Of a stretch of 64,000 nucleotides of DNA, positions 41,415 to 51,190 are shown piece by piece (within the stretch, counting starts at the first letter, position 1; the number at the start of each line of letters is the position of its first letter). Made by a program: the position numbers and the translations under genes. This stretch comes from Desulfosoma sp. Lineage in GTDB: Bacteria > Desulfobacterota > Syntrophobacteria > Syntrophobacterales > DSM-9756. The stretch is from contig JBBFKW010000005.1 in the NCBI GenBank assembly GCA_037481835.1, positions 32,001 to 96,000 of the forward strand, given 5' to 3'. The notes under the pieces were generated by a model. It ran no database searches and was not told where the DNA came from. It saw only the letters and a program-made list of their open reading frames with translations.

Positions 41415-42446
41415 ATGTGGAGAAAAAGATGCCTGCTGACCCTTACCCTGTGCATCGTCGGCGCGTTGTTTTACGGATGCGGCAGTATGCCCGTCCAAGT
41501 GGGAGACTCTTCGGCGAAAACGGTGGCCACGGGAAGCGCCGGGGGGGCCACGAGCCAGAATGTGAACGCCTCCCTGGAGCGTTGTGACAGGCCCTTGGGC
41601 ACCATCGCGGTCGAAGAAGACCAGAATTCCGACTGGTACCACTACATCACGGGACAGTACAAGCTGACCTCCACGGTCCCTGTTCTGCGGCTCTTAATCC
41701 AACAGTCCAACTGTTTTATCGTTGTCGACCGCGGTCGAGCCATGAGGACCATGATGGGAGAGCGGGCTCTGCAGCAAACGGGCGAGTTGCGCGCCGGCAG
41801 TAACTTCGGCAAGGGGCAGATGGTGAGCGCGGATTACACGCTGACCCCTGAAGTGATGATCAGCCAGAAGGGGACGGGAGGTGCGGCCGGGGCCTTGGGG
41901 GCCTTCGGCATCGGAGGGGCCGTCGCCGGCGCTGTTCTGGGCGGCGTAAAAGCCAATGAAGCCGCCGTGATGCTCATGCTCGTCGACAATCGTTCCGGGG
42001 TGCAGGTGGGCGTTGCGGAAGGCAGTTCCAAGAACTTCGATTGGGGCCTCGGGGGCGCCATTTTCGGCGGCAGTGGAGGCGGCGGGCTCGGAGGCTACAC
42101 CAACACGCCGCAAGGGAAGGTGATCGCCGGAGCCTTTCTTGACGCCTACAACCAGTTGGTGCGCGTGGCGAGAAACTATACCCCGCAGACCATGGGGGAT
42201 CGCCAGTTGGGAACGGGCGGCCGTCTCGGGGTTGAAGGGAGCAGCCAAAGCGGTGGATACCAGGGAGCGACCCTCTCTCTCAAAGAAGCCCAAAGAAAGT
42301 TGAATGCCCTGGGCTACGAGGCGGGAACGCCGGACGGCAAGATGGGCGAGGCGACACGCCAGGCTCTCATGAACTTCCAGTCGGATCGGGGACTGCCCGT
42401 CACCGGGCGCCTGGACGCCGCGACGGCGGCCGAACTTGCCAAGTAA
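41415..42446 (+). CDS. CsgG/HfaB-like lipoprotein with a C-terminal peptidoglycan-binding domain
   Basis: Signal peptide with Cys; IQQSNCFIVVDRG, GELR.GSNFGKGQM; C-terminal AQRKLNALGY..GTPDG.MG..T..AL..FQ...GL.VTG.LD. Confidence 0.8.
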   Translation: MWRKRCLLTLTLCIVGALFYGCGSMPVQVGDSSAKTVATGSAGGATSQNVNASLERCDRPLGTIAVEEDQNSDWYHYITGQYKLTSTVPVLRLLIQQSNCFIVVDRGRAMRTMMGERALQQTGELRAGSNFGKGQMVSADYTLTPEVMISQKGTGGAAGALGAFGIGGAVAGAVLGGVKANEAAVMLMLVDNRSGVQVGVAEGSSKNFDWGLGGAIFGGSGGGGLGGYTNTPQGKVIAGAFLDAYNQLVRVARNYTPQTMGDRQLGTGGRLGVEGSSQSGGYQGATLSLKEAQRKLNALGYEAGTPDGKMGEATRQALMNFQSDRGLPVTGRLDAATAAELAK

Positions 42447-42537
42447 AGACTTCGGCCGCGGAATCCCCTGAGGAAAAAATCCAGGGCCTTTCATCGAAAG
42501 AGGAAATGCTCGACCCATCACGGGAGGACGGCGGATC

Positions 42538-43323
42538 ATGGGGTTGAAGGAGCACGAGTATGTGCGCCAGACATTGGAGCGCTACACGAATTTCCCTTTG
42601 GATCGGATGAGCGAGCATTTTCTCATCACCAATTTTAAGAGATACGCGGATTGGTTTAAGGAAAAGACCGGCGGCGAAGAAAGCGAGGGCAACTTCCGGC
42701 TGGTCAACGCACCGGATCACAATTGCACCTTGATCGATTTCGGCATCGGGTCCCCACAGGCAGCTCTGCTCATTCACTGCCTGGCTTATCTGGATCGAAT
42801 CAAGTCGGTCATCATGCTGGGCATGTGCGGCGGCATCGACGACACCCTGGAAATCGGCCATTTCATCGTGCCTTCGGCGGCCATCCGCGGTGAAGGGACA
42901 AGCCGACATTACCTGCCGCCGGAATTTCCCGCCATCCCGGCGTCGTCCGTCAACCTTTATTGCATTGGCGCTGTAAAAAAGGTGGGCCTCCTGCCCAAGT
43001 GCGGCATCGTTTACACGACAGACAGGCGTTTGTGGGAATTCGACGACGATTTCGTCGAATACTTGCGAAAGCAGCGCATTCTGGCCATCGACATGGAACT
43101 GGCCACCTTGTTTTCCGTCTCCTATCACTACGAAGTGCCCATCGGCTCCATCATGCTCGTTTCCGACATGCCCTTGCAGCGCAAAGGGATCAAGAGCAAA
43201 GAACTGCACGAAAAAATCTACTCTGAATACATGCCCACCCATATGGAACTGGGATTGGAAGCCATCCGCTCGTTGGAAGCCAATTGGGCCGACGTGTCGC
43301 GGCGTCTGGCCAGCGAATGGTAA
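42538..43323 (+). CDS. AMP nucleosidase-like protein (PNP/UDP phosphorylase family)
   Basis: LITNF, FGIGSPQA, LGMCGG, AAIRGEGTS..YLP, TTDRRLWE, AIDMELAT. Confidence 0.8.
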   Translation: MGLKEHEYVRQTLERYTNFPLDRMSEHFLITNFKRYADWFKEKTGGEESEGNFRLVNAPDHNCTLIDFGIGSPQAALLIHCLAYLDRIKSVIMLGMCGGIDDTLEIGHFIVPSAAIRGEGTSRHYLPPEFPAIPASSVNLYCIGAVKKVGLLPKCGIVYTTDRRLWEFDDDFVEYLRKQRILAIDMELATLFSVSYHYEVPIGSIMLVSDMPLQRKGIKSKELHEKIYSEYMPTHMELGLEAIRSLEANWADVSRRLASEW

Positions 43324-43354
43324 ATCTCGAAAGGCATCAAGAGGAGCAAAGGCT

Positions 43355-43843
43355 ATGGACGTTCTTGTGCTTTATTACTCTCGAAGCGGCAACACGAAAA
43401 AACTTGCGGAACATGTGGCCGAAGGCGTCCGATCCGTGGACGGCGTCTCGGCCGTGGTGCGATCCACCCAGGAGGTGACCCGGGACGATTTCGTCAACGC
43501 GGCGGGCATCATCGCCGGCTCTCCGGTCTATTTCGGAGTCATGGCCACCGATCTCAAGCGGGTTTTCGACGATTTCGTGGGCGTTCGGAAAAAGATGGAA
43601 AACAAGGTCGGTGCGGCCTTTGCCACTTCGGGAGATCCCACCGGAGGCAAGGAAACCACCATGTTGTCCATCCTGCAGTGCTTCCTCATCTACGGCATGA
43701 TCGTCGTCGGAGATCCCCTTTCCGCAACGGGCCACTACGGGGTCGCCTGCGTGGGGGCTCCCGATGAAAAGACCGCGGAAAACGCGCGCAAATTGGGACG
43801 CCGCGTGGCCGGACTGTGCCTCAAACTCCACGCGGCTTCATGA
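43355..43843 (+). CDS. WrbA-like flavodoxin / NAD(P)H:quinone oxidoreductase
   Basis: YYSRSGNT, GSPVYFG, KVGAAF...GGKETT. Confidence 0.88.
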   Translation: MDVLVLYYSRSGNTKKLAEHVAEGVRSVDGVSAVVRSTQEVTRDDFVNAAGIIAGSPVYFGVMATDLKRVFDDFVGVRKKMENKVGAAFATSGDPTGGKETTMLSILQCFLIYGMIVVGDPLSATGHYGVACVGAPDEKTAENARKLGRRVAGLCLKLHAAS

Positions 43844-43926
43844 AACGTGCGCCGGACGCCCCCCGTTCCCGGCCCGCGCTTTTCGAAAGAAATCCTTCTT
43901 TTGGGCACAATACCCATGCCCACGGC

Positions 43927-44346
43927 TCACGAAGCGCTCGGCAAGGGGATCTTGGGGGCCCGGCCTTCTTCCAAGGCGCCGGCATCCGGAGCGCGGTAAA
44001 GGACCACCATGTGACCAACCAATTGCACGAAATGCGCCCCCACGGTGCGCGCCAAATCCCGGGCCTGCACCTTTTTCGGGCCGTCCTCTCCCGAAAGCCC
44101 CAGCCATTTCACCTTGATCAGCTCGTGGTTGAGGAGCTGCTTTCGGATTTCCGAAACCACCGCCGCCGTTACCCCTTCCTGCCCGATGTGCACCACGGGA
44201 TCCAATTTGTGGGCCAGAGCCTTGAGGTAGCCCCGCTGCTTGCCGGAAAGCTCCCCGGGCGGTCGAGGTTCCCACTCCAAAGCCGAAAGATCCACACCTT
44301 CCTGCCACCACGGCCCCTTGGGCCGGCTGTTCATCGCCTCCCCCAT
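43927..44346 (-). CDS. yhbY: YhbY-family RNA-binding protein
   Basis: LSGKQRGYLKALAHKLDPVVHIG...HELIKV...VQLVGHMVVLYR. Confidence 0.88.
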   Translation of the reverse strand: MGEAMNSRPKGPWWQEGVDLSALEWEPRPPGELSGKQRGYLKALAHKLDPVVHIGQEGVTAAVVSEIRKQLLNHELIKVKWLGLSGEDGPKKVQARDLARTVGAHFVQLVGHMVVLYRAPDAGALEEGRAPKIPLPSAS

Positions 44347-44428
44347 GCCTTTCCCCCTTTGAGACAAAAAAGATCCGGCCTCCCTTGAGGACGCCGGATC
44401 CACAGAGTTTATCCTTCCTGCGGACTTC

Positions 44429-45754
44429 TTAATCCAAGTAGGGTTTCAACAACTCCTGCTTGCTGGGATGTCGAAGTTTGCGCAAGGCCTTCTTTTCGAT
44501 CTGGCGGATCCTTTCCTTCGAAACCTTAAAACTTTTGCCGATCTTCTCCAAGGTCTCACCGGGCTGCCCGTCCAGGCCGAAGCGAAGCCGCAGGATTTTT
44601 TCCTCCCTCGGTTGCAGACTGGCCAGAATCTCCCTCGTGAGCTCACTGAGCTCGTTGGCCTCGCAGCCCTCCGCCGGAGACTCGCACTCCACGTCCTCGA
44701 TGAAGTCGCTCAGCCGCTGCTCGTCCTCCCCTACGGGCATCTCCAACGACAACGGCTGGCTCACCAGGCTGAGAACCATCTCGACCTTTTCCGGCGGGAT
44801 GTTGGCCCGAAGGCTGATTTCTTCGGCCGTGGGCTCGCGCCCCAACTCCTTCACGAGCTCGTGAAAGACCTTGAAAAAGAGGTTCTTCAGCTCGATGAAA
44901 TGGACCGGCAAGCGAATGGTGCGCGTCTTATCGTAAATCCCGCGGATAATGCTCTGGCGCACCCACCAAGTGGCGTACGTGCTGAATCGGTTGCCTTTCG
45001 TGTGGTCGTAGCGGCCTACGGCCTTGAGCAATCCCAAATTGCCTTCCTGAATCAGGTCGTCAAAACTCATGCCGCGGCCCCGATACCGCTTGGCAATACT
45101 CAAGACCAAGCGCAAATTGGCTTTGACCATCTGATGCTTGGCTTCGTCGATCTCGGCGATGATCCGGTCGCACTCCTCCCTCATCGACGCCAGCGTCGTA
45201 TTGTGGGGTTCCTCGGCCACGGCCTGCCGCAGTGTTCGGGTAATGACCTTGAGCACCTTGTCCCGAACTCCCGGAAAGGTCTTCGCTTGTCCCAAAAGGT
45301 TCCGCACCTTCCCATACAGGTCCTTGACCGTCGGATGATCGTCCCGGTGGGTTTCCACCAGTCGCACCAAGCGGTCCTGGCCGTCCCGGATCCTCTTGGC
45401 CAGCTCGATTTCCATTTCCGGCGTCAGCAGCGGAAAAGAAGACACCTCGCGCAAGTAGCAGGTGACGTGATCCTCTTCGAACTCAACCGTCGCCTCTTCG
45501 TCCACGTCCGTGTCATCAGGCGTCATGGCCGTTGTGAGCTGAAGCGCATCGGACCGAGAATCGTTACGGTCGTCTTGATTGAGCCCGTTGCGGTTGTGCT
45601 CCACGGATTCGTCCTCTTCCAGTTCTTCTGCAAACAGATCGTCATCGGATCCCAGGATTCCCATGTCCAGGAGGCGCTCAAAGTCTTCCTCCGCTTCGCC
45701 CTTGAGGCGAAAGCGGTACAGAGGATCCAACCGGTCTCCATGCATGCTCTTCAT
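44429..45754 (-). CDS. RpoD/SigA-family sigma-70 factor
   Basis: Region 1.2 YLREV..FPLLT, ANLRLVLSIAKRY, DLIQEGNLGL, FSTYATWWVRQ, TLEKIG...ERIRQIE. Confidence 0.92.
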   Translation of the reverse strand: MKSMHGDRLDPLYRFRLKGEAEEDFERLLDMGILGSDDDLFAEELEEDESVEHNRNGLNQDDRNDSRSDALQLTTAMTPDDTDVDEEATVEFEEDHVTCYLREVSSFPLLTPEMEIELAKRIRDGQDRLVRLVETHRDDHPTVKDLYGKVRNLLGQAKTFPGVRDKVLKVITRTLRQAVAEEPHNTTLASMREECDRIIAEIDEAKHQMVKANLRLVLSIAKRYRGRGMSFDDLIQEGNLGLLKAVGRYDHTKGNRFSTYATWWVRQSIIRGIYDKTRTIRLPVHFIELKNLFFKVFHELVKELGREPTAEEISLRANIPPEKVEMVLSLVSQPLSLEMPVGEDEQRLSDFIEDVECESPAEGCEANELSELTREILASLQPREEKILRLRFGLDGQPGETLEKIGKSFKVSKERIRQIEKKALRKLRHPSKQELLKPYLD

Positions 45755-46026
45755 GGTGATCCTCCTTCTGGGCACCCTAGGGTACAGCGCATTTCGTGAC
45801 TTTAAAAGGATTCCTCGCGACCCTCCTTTGTTTAAGGGTTCAGAGCGGTGACCGCGCGCATGCGGTCTACAGCACCTTACATACGCTAAGCTCGATTGGA
45901 TGCCGAGTCAATGGAATCCGAAAGGGACTTTTGGGCAGAGGGTTTCAGGGCGCTTTGGACTCGCAGGATGAATCCCACCCGTGCTGCGCGCCGCATAATC
46001 ACGCTGCACTGCACGGCTCCATCGCC

Positions 46027-47013
46027 TCAGATGCGAAATTCCACCACATCGCCGTCCTGGAGGACGTAGTCTTTTTGGACCATCTGGCCGTCGAAAACCG
46101 CTTTCCCCCAAATTCTAGCGAATTTCAGTTTTTCCACAAAGTCCTTGTGAATTTTTTCTGCAAGATCCTGGAGCGTGCTTTCCTTCGGCAGGACGAAGGG
46201 GGCCGATTTGTCCGGTTCCTTGCCCGGAGCCTTCGTATAGACTCGGATGATGTCCGAGAGCTGAAAAATCGTCTCCAGGAGCGCGTGGAGCCCTCGCCCC
46301 GAGGCCGTGGACACCCCGACACACGGCAGGCCGCACTGGCTCAATTCCACGAAGGCGAGAAAATCCTCCACATCCGAATCCGTGTCCACCTTGTTGACGA
46401 CGACGATCATTTTCTTGGGGAAAGGCTTCTTGTGGAGATCCGGGGGAAGCGGCTTCCCTTGCGGAAAGACGCGCAATTCGGCGAGGACGTCCAGGGTGTC
46501 TTCCAGCTGCTGGAGCGGATCGGCTTTGAGGTCCACCATGAGAATGACCAGGTCCGCTTTGCGGATGAGGTCCGCCATCCACGGGTCGATGAAGCTCTTG
46601 CTCACGGGCGGGGTATCGATGAGCTGGAACTGGATGTTTTCATAGGGCACCATGCCCGGAGTGGGTTTCCACGTCGTATGTGGAAATTCGGCCACTTCCG
46701 GTGACGCGTTGCTCAGCACTCCCACCAACGAAGACTTGCCCACATTGGGCGCCCCCACGACGACGACCTGGGCGGCCCCTTCCTTATCGATGGCGTAGGA
46801 CAGCCCTTTTCGGCCCGCGCCTTTTCGTTGCTGGGCCTCGGATTTGAACTTGGCGATCTTCCGGCGCAAGTCCGCGCGCAGCTTGTCCGTGCCCTTGTGT
46901 TTGGGCATGATGGTGAGCATCTCTTCAAGGGCTTCGATCTTGGCTTCCGGAGTCTTGGCTTCGCGATATCGCTTTTCGGCTTCGAAATAAGGCGGGGGGA
47001 GATTCGCCGGCAT
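46027..47013 (-). CDS. DRG/OBG-family GTPase with C-terminal TGS domain
   Basis: MPANLPP...PKHKGT; GAPNVGKS, FPHTT, DTP, NKVD; IRVYTK...IH.DF...ARIWG...LQDGDVVE. Confidence 0.9.
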   Translation of the reverse strand: MPANLPPPYFEAEKRYREAKTPEAKIEALEEMLTIMPKHKGTDKLRADLRRKIAKFKSEAQQRKGAGRKGLSYAIDKEGAAQVVVVGAPNVGKSSLVGVLSNASPEVAEFPHTTWKPTPGMVPYENIQFQLIDTPPVSKSFIDPWMADLIRKADLVILMVDLKADPLQQLEDTLDVLAELRVFPQGKPLPPDLHKKPFPKKMIVVVNKVDTDSDVEDFLAFVELSQCGLPCVGVSTASGRGLHALLETIFQLSDIIRVYTKAPGKEPDKSAPFVLPKESTLQDLAEKIHKDFVEKLKFARIWGKAVFDGQMVQKDYVLQDGDVVEFRI

Positions 47014-47081
47014 GGATCACACCTCCTCGCCGTCGCACGTGTGTCCGTTGGGATTTTCAACCTACAGAATGGGATCCGTTC

Positions 47082-47110
47082 TTGTCAATGACGTCTCGAG
47101 CGGGTATAGA
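47082..47110 (+). promoter_or_regulatory. Candidate sigma70 promoter of the small selenoprotein gene
   Basis: TTGTCA -17 nt- TATAGA; overlaps a minus-strand TTGACA (47088-47083) facing the GTPase gene. Confidence 0.5.
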
Positions 47111-47144
47111 CGGCGTGTCGACTTCCAACGAGAAAGGATCTTCC

Positions 47145-47315
47145 ATGTTGTCATGCCCGCAATGCGGCGGCCCTCTCCACTGGATTCGGCAATGAAGGCG
47201 CCAGCTGTGGCGCTGCACGGCGTGCCGCGTGGATTATACTTTGGAAAAACTTGCCGCCTTGCTAGATGAGGAGCTCGAAGAGCAGTTGGGCGGAATCCGT
47301 GTGGACAGGCTCTAG
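47145..47315 (+). CDS. Small dual-CXXC selenoprotein (UGA read-through; absent from the ORF track)
   Basis: MLSCPQCGGPLHWIRQ-U-RRQLWRCTACRVDYTLEKLAALLDEELEEQLGGIRVDRL*; SD AGAAAGGA; TGA at 47193-47195; hairpin GCGCTGCAC-GGC-GTGCCGCGT with the same loop and spacing as the fdhA SECIS. Confidence 0.82.
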
Positions 47316-47345
47316 CCGCAGGCCCGGCGCGGGCCCGCGGCTTTT
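47314..47345 (+). terminator. Probable intrinsic terminator after the small selenoprotein gene
   Basis: AGCCGCAGGCCC-GGCGC-GGGCCCGCGGCT followed by TTT. Confidence 0.55.
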
Positions 47346-47381
47346 GGCCCGAAAAGTCGAGACAGGTTTTTCTCTCGGCGT

Positions 47382-50045
47382 TTACGAAGCCAGTTTCGCC
47401 TCGAGGATTTCCTCAGCGCGCCTCAAAGCCTCCGGGAGTTTTTCCGGAAGGTTCCCCCCGGCCTGCGCCATGTCCGGTCGGCCTCCACCGCTTCCCCCCA
47501 CCACCCGGGCCACCTCTTTGATCACTTCACCGGCATGGATTTTCCCGGTCAAATCCTTGGTGACTCCCACCAGCAAGAACACCTTGCCGTCGTGATGGGC
47601 TCCCAGGACCATGACCCCGGAACCGATCCGCTCTTTGAATCGGTCGTTCATTTCCCGCAAGGCCTTGGGATCGGTGGCCTCCACCTGCCGCACCAAGACC
47701 TTGACTCCGGCCATCTCTTTCGCCTCATCCAACAGATCCAGGGATTTCTTAGCCGTCATGGAGCTCTGGACGGCCTCCAGCTGCTTTTCCAGTTCCTTGA
47801 TCTGTCCCAGGAGCTTTTCGAGGCGATCCGGCACTTCTTCCGGCTGCGCCTTCAGGCGCCGCGCGGCCGCCTCCAGCAGTCGGCGCTGTTCGTGCCAAAA
47901 GCGCAGGGCGTGACGGCCCGTGAGGGCTTCAATGCGGCGCACTCCCGCCGCCACGCTGGATTCCTGAACAATGACAAAAGAGCCGATATCTCCGCTGCGT
48001 TCGGTATGGGTGCCGCCGCACAGTTCCTTGCTGAAGTCGGCGATTTCCACAAGGCGGACCGTTTCTCCGTATTTTTCTTCGAAAAGGGCCATGGCTCCCG
48101 TGCGTATGGCTTCATCAAAAGCCATGACGTGCACCCGAAGCGGCCGATTTTCCCAAATGGCTTGGTTGACCCGCCATTCGATTTCGTGGAGTTCTTCCGG
48201 TGTCACGGCCGTAAAATGGGTGAAGTCGAATCGCAGCCTTTCGGGGGCCACCAAGGAACCCGCCTGCTTCACGTGATCCCCGAGCACGTCCCGGAGCACG
48301 CGATGGAGGATGTGGGTTGCCGTGTGGTTGAGCGCCGTGTCTTTGCGACTTTGGGCATCCACCTTCAGGGTTACCGTATCTCCCGGGCGAAGCTCCCCGT
48401 TTTCGATGCGCACCATGTGCACCCAAAGGTCACCGGGCAGGCGGTGGGTGTCTTCCACGACGGCCGAAACGCCGGGGCCTTCCATAGTCCCTTTATCCCC
48501 CACCTGACCTCCGGCTTCCCCGTAAAACGGCGTGCGCTCGACCACCACTTCCACTCGGCTTCCCGGCCCGGCCGCATCCACAAGCGTCCCGCCTTGGATG
48601 AGGGCCGCCACCCGGCTTTCCGTTTGCAGTTGGTCGTAGCCCACAAACTCGGTACGAACCCCTTCGGCGGAAAGTTTTCGGTACGCTTCGGAAATTTCCC
48701 GTTCCCCACTGCCTTTCCAATGGCGGCGGGACTGTTCCCGTTGGCGCTCCATGAGCCGGTCGAATTCGGCTTGATCCACCTGCAAGCCTAATTTTCGGGC
48801 CATGTCCGTCACGATGTCGATGGGAAAGCCGTAGGTGTCGTAGAGCTTGAACACGAGAGAGCCCGGGACCGTCCGAGCCCCTTCGTCTTGCAGGCGGGCC
48901 ATTTCGTTGTGCAGGAGTTTCAGGCCGTGGTCCAGGGTTTCGCTGAAGCGTTCCTCCTCATGGAGGATAACCCGGGAAATGTAGCTGCGGTTTTCCAGCA
49001 ATTCGGGATACACATCCGCCATGGCGTGCATGACGGCTTCCACCACGCTGTGCAGGAAAGGCCGATCCAGACCCAGGAATCTTCCGTGGCGCAACGCCCG
49101 CCGAATCACACGGCGCAGGACGTATCCGCGGCCTTCGTTGCTCGGCAGCACGCCGTCCCCGATGAGAAACGCCGCCGCCCGCCCATGATCCGCAATGACC
49201 TTGAAGGAGACGTCCTTTTCCGGATCATCGCCGTAGCGCAACCCCGCCTGGGCGCCGATGGCCTCCATCATGGGCGCAAAGAGATCCGTGTCGTAGTTGG
49301 AGGGCACCTTTTGGATGACGGCCGCAATCCGTTCCAACCCCATACCCGTGTCGATGCTCGGCTTGGGCAAAGGTTCCAAGGTGCCGTCTTCTTTCCGGTT
49401 AAACTGCATAAAAACCAGGTTCCAGAGCTCCAAAAAGCGGTCGCAATCGCATCCCGGTCGGCACTCGGGCCGGCCACACCCCATGGCCTCCCCTTGGTCG
49501 ATGAGGATTTCCGAACACGGGCCGCACGGACCGGTATCCCCCATGGCCCAAAAATTGTCCTTGGTGGAAAAGGTCAGGATCCGCTCCGGGGGAAGGTAGC
49601 GTTTCCAATAGTCCCGCGCTTCTTCATCGGGCCCCAGGCCCATGGCGGCGTCGCCCTCGTGGATCGTGGCGTAGAGCTTGTCCTTGGGCAGGCCCATTTC
49701 GGCGGTGAGGAATTCCCAGGCAAATTCCACGGCTTCCTTCTTGAAATAATCCCCGAAGGAGAAATTGCCCAGCATTTCGAAGAAGGTGTGATGGCGCGCC
49801 GTATATCCGACGTTTTCCAGGTCGTTGTGCTTTCCCCCCGCCCTCATGCACTTTTGGCTCGTGGTGGCTCGGCTGTATTCCCTCTTTTCCTCCCCCAGAA
49901 AACAGCGTTTGAATTGGTTCATGCCGGCGTTGGTGAACAGCAAAGTGGGGTCGTCATGGGGAATGAGCGACGAGCTCTTGACGATGGTGTGGCCTCGGTC
50001 ACGAAAGAATTCCAAGAATCTTCTGCGGATTTCACTGGCCTTCAT
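47382..50045 (-). CDS. alaS: Alanine--tRNA ligase
   Basis: DPTLLFTNAGMNQFK, HHTFFEMLGNFSFGDYFK, DTGMGLER, NHTATH, ELCGGTH, GGGRPDMAQAGG. Confidence 0.98.
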   Translation of the reverse strand: MKASEIRRRFLEFFRDRGHTIVKSSSLIPHDDPTLLFTNAGMNQFKRCFLGEEKREYSRATTSQKCMRAGGKHNDLENVGYTARHHTFFEMLGNFSFGDYFKKEAVEFAWEFLTAEMGLPKDKLYATIHEGDAAMGLGPDEEARDYWKRYLPPERILTFSTKDNFWAMGDTGPCGPCSEILIDQGEAMGCGRPECRPGCDCDRFLELWNLVFMQFNRKEDGTLEPLPKPSIDTGMGLERIAAVIQKVPSNYDTDLFAPMMEAIGAQAGLRYGDDPEKDVSFKVIADHGRAAAFLIGDGVLPSNEGRGYVLRRVIRRALRHGRFLGLDRPFLHSVVEAVMHAMADVYPELLENRSYISRVILHEEERFSETLDHGLKLLHNEMARLQDEGARTVPGSLVFKLYDTYGFPIDIVTDMARKLGLQVDQAEFDRLMERQREQSRRHWKGSGEREISEAYRKLSAEGVRTEFVGYDQLQTESRVAALIQGGTLVDAAGPGSRVEVVVERTPFYGEAGGQVGDKGTMEGPGVSAVVEDTHRLPGDLWVHMVRIENGELRPGDTVTLKVDAQSRKDTALNHTATHILHRVLRDVLGDHVKQAGSLVAPERLRFDFTHFTAVTPEELHEIEWRVNQAIWENRPLRVHVMAFDEAIRTGAMALFEEKYGETVRLVEIADFSKELCGGTHTERSGDIGSFVIVQESSVAAGVRRIEALTGRHALRFWHEQRRLLEAAARRLKAQPEEVPDRLEKLLGQIKELEKQLEAVQSSMTAKKSLDLLDEAKEMAGVKVLVRQVEATDPKALREMNDRFKERIGSGVMVLGAHHDGKVFLLVGVTKDLTGKIHAGEVIKEVARVVGGSGGGRPDMAQAGGNLPEKLPEALRRAEEILEAKLAS

Positions 50046-50131
50046 CAAAGGTTCTCCTGTTTTTCAAACCCTCGGCGACAATATCCCGTGCTGAGAACTA
50101 TCCGGGTGGGCGGTGTTCCAAGCTCCGGGCC

Positions 50132-51166
50132 TTACCCCTCCGCCTCTTCGGCCGGGGCGAGTGCCGGCAGCACATGGCGTTCCCGGACCTTATTTTCGAT
50201 GGCTAACAAAAGGTCGGGATTTTCCCTGAGAAAGTTTTTCACGTTTTCTCGGCCCTGACCGAGGCGTTCGCCGCCGTAGGAATACCACGTCCCGGACCGC
50301 TCCACGATATTGGCCGCCACGGCCAAATCCAGCACGTCCCCTTCCCGGGAAATGCCGCGTCCGTAGACGATGTCGAATTCCACTTCCTTGAAAGGCGGGG
50401 CGATCTTGTTCTTGACCACTTTAACCCGGGTGCGGTTGCCCACCACCTCTTGCCCTTCCTTGATGGGACCCACACGGCGGATGTCCAGGCGCATGGTGGC
50501 GTAGAACTTGAGAGCGTTGCCTCCCGTGGTCGTCTCCGGGGATCCGTACATGACCCCGATTTTCATCCGGATTTGGTTGATGAAGATGACCGACGTCTGA
50601 GACTTGCTGATGGCGGCCGTCAATTTCCGCAAGGCTTGGCTCATGAGCCGCGCTTGCAGCCCCACGTGGGGATCGCCCATTTCGCCGTCGATTTCCGCCT
50701 TGGGCACCAAGGCCGCCACGGAATCAATGACGATGACGTCGATGGCATTGCTGCGCACGAGGATTTCGGCGATTTCCAGAGCCTGTTCCCCGTAGTCGGG
50801 CTGGCTGATGAGCAGATCGTCCACCTTGACGCCCAATTTGCGCGCGTAATGGACATCCAAGGCATGTTCCGCGTCGATGAAGGCGGCCAGACCCCCCTTT
50901 TTCTGCGCTTCCGCGATGACATGCAAGGCCAAGGTCGTCTTTCCGGAAGATTCCGGGCCGAAAATTTCCACAATGCGGCCCCGGGGAATCCCGCCGATGC
51001 CCAAGGCCAAGTCCAGAGACAGGCACCCTGTGGAAATCACCGGAATCTCGACCGCCTGGGCCCCTTCTCCCAGGCGCATAATGGATCCCTTGCCGCATTG
51101 GCGCTCAATCTGCGCCACGGCCATGTCGATGGCCTTTTGGCGATCGTTGCCTCCCGGTGCCGTCAT
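50132..51166 (-). CDS. recA: Recombinase RecA
   Basis: [41 protein letters not shown]. Confidence 0.98.
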   Translation of the reverse strand: MTAPGGNDRQKAIDMAVAQIERQCGKGSIMRLGEGAQAVEIPVISTGCLSLDLALGIGGIPRGRIVEIFGPESSGKTTLALHVIAEAQKKGGLAAFIDAEHALDVHYARKLGVKVDDLLISQPDYGEQALEIAEILVRSNAIDVIVIDSVAALVPKAEIDGEMGDPHVGLQARLMSQALRKLTAAISKSQTSVIFINQIRMKIGVMYGSPETTTGGNALKFYATMRLDIRRVGPIKEGQEVVGNRTRVKVVKNKIAPPFKEVEFDIVYGRGISREGDVLDLAVAANIVERSGTWYSYGGERLGQGRENVKNFLRENPDLLLAIENKVRERHVLPALAPAEEAEG

Positions 51167-51190
51167 GGCACGGTCCTCCTCACGATGGGA

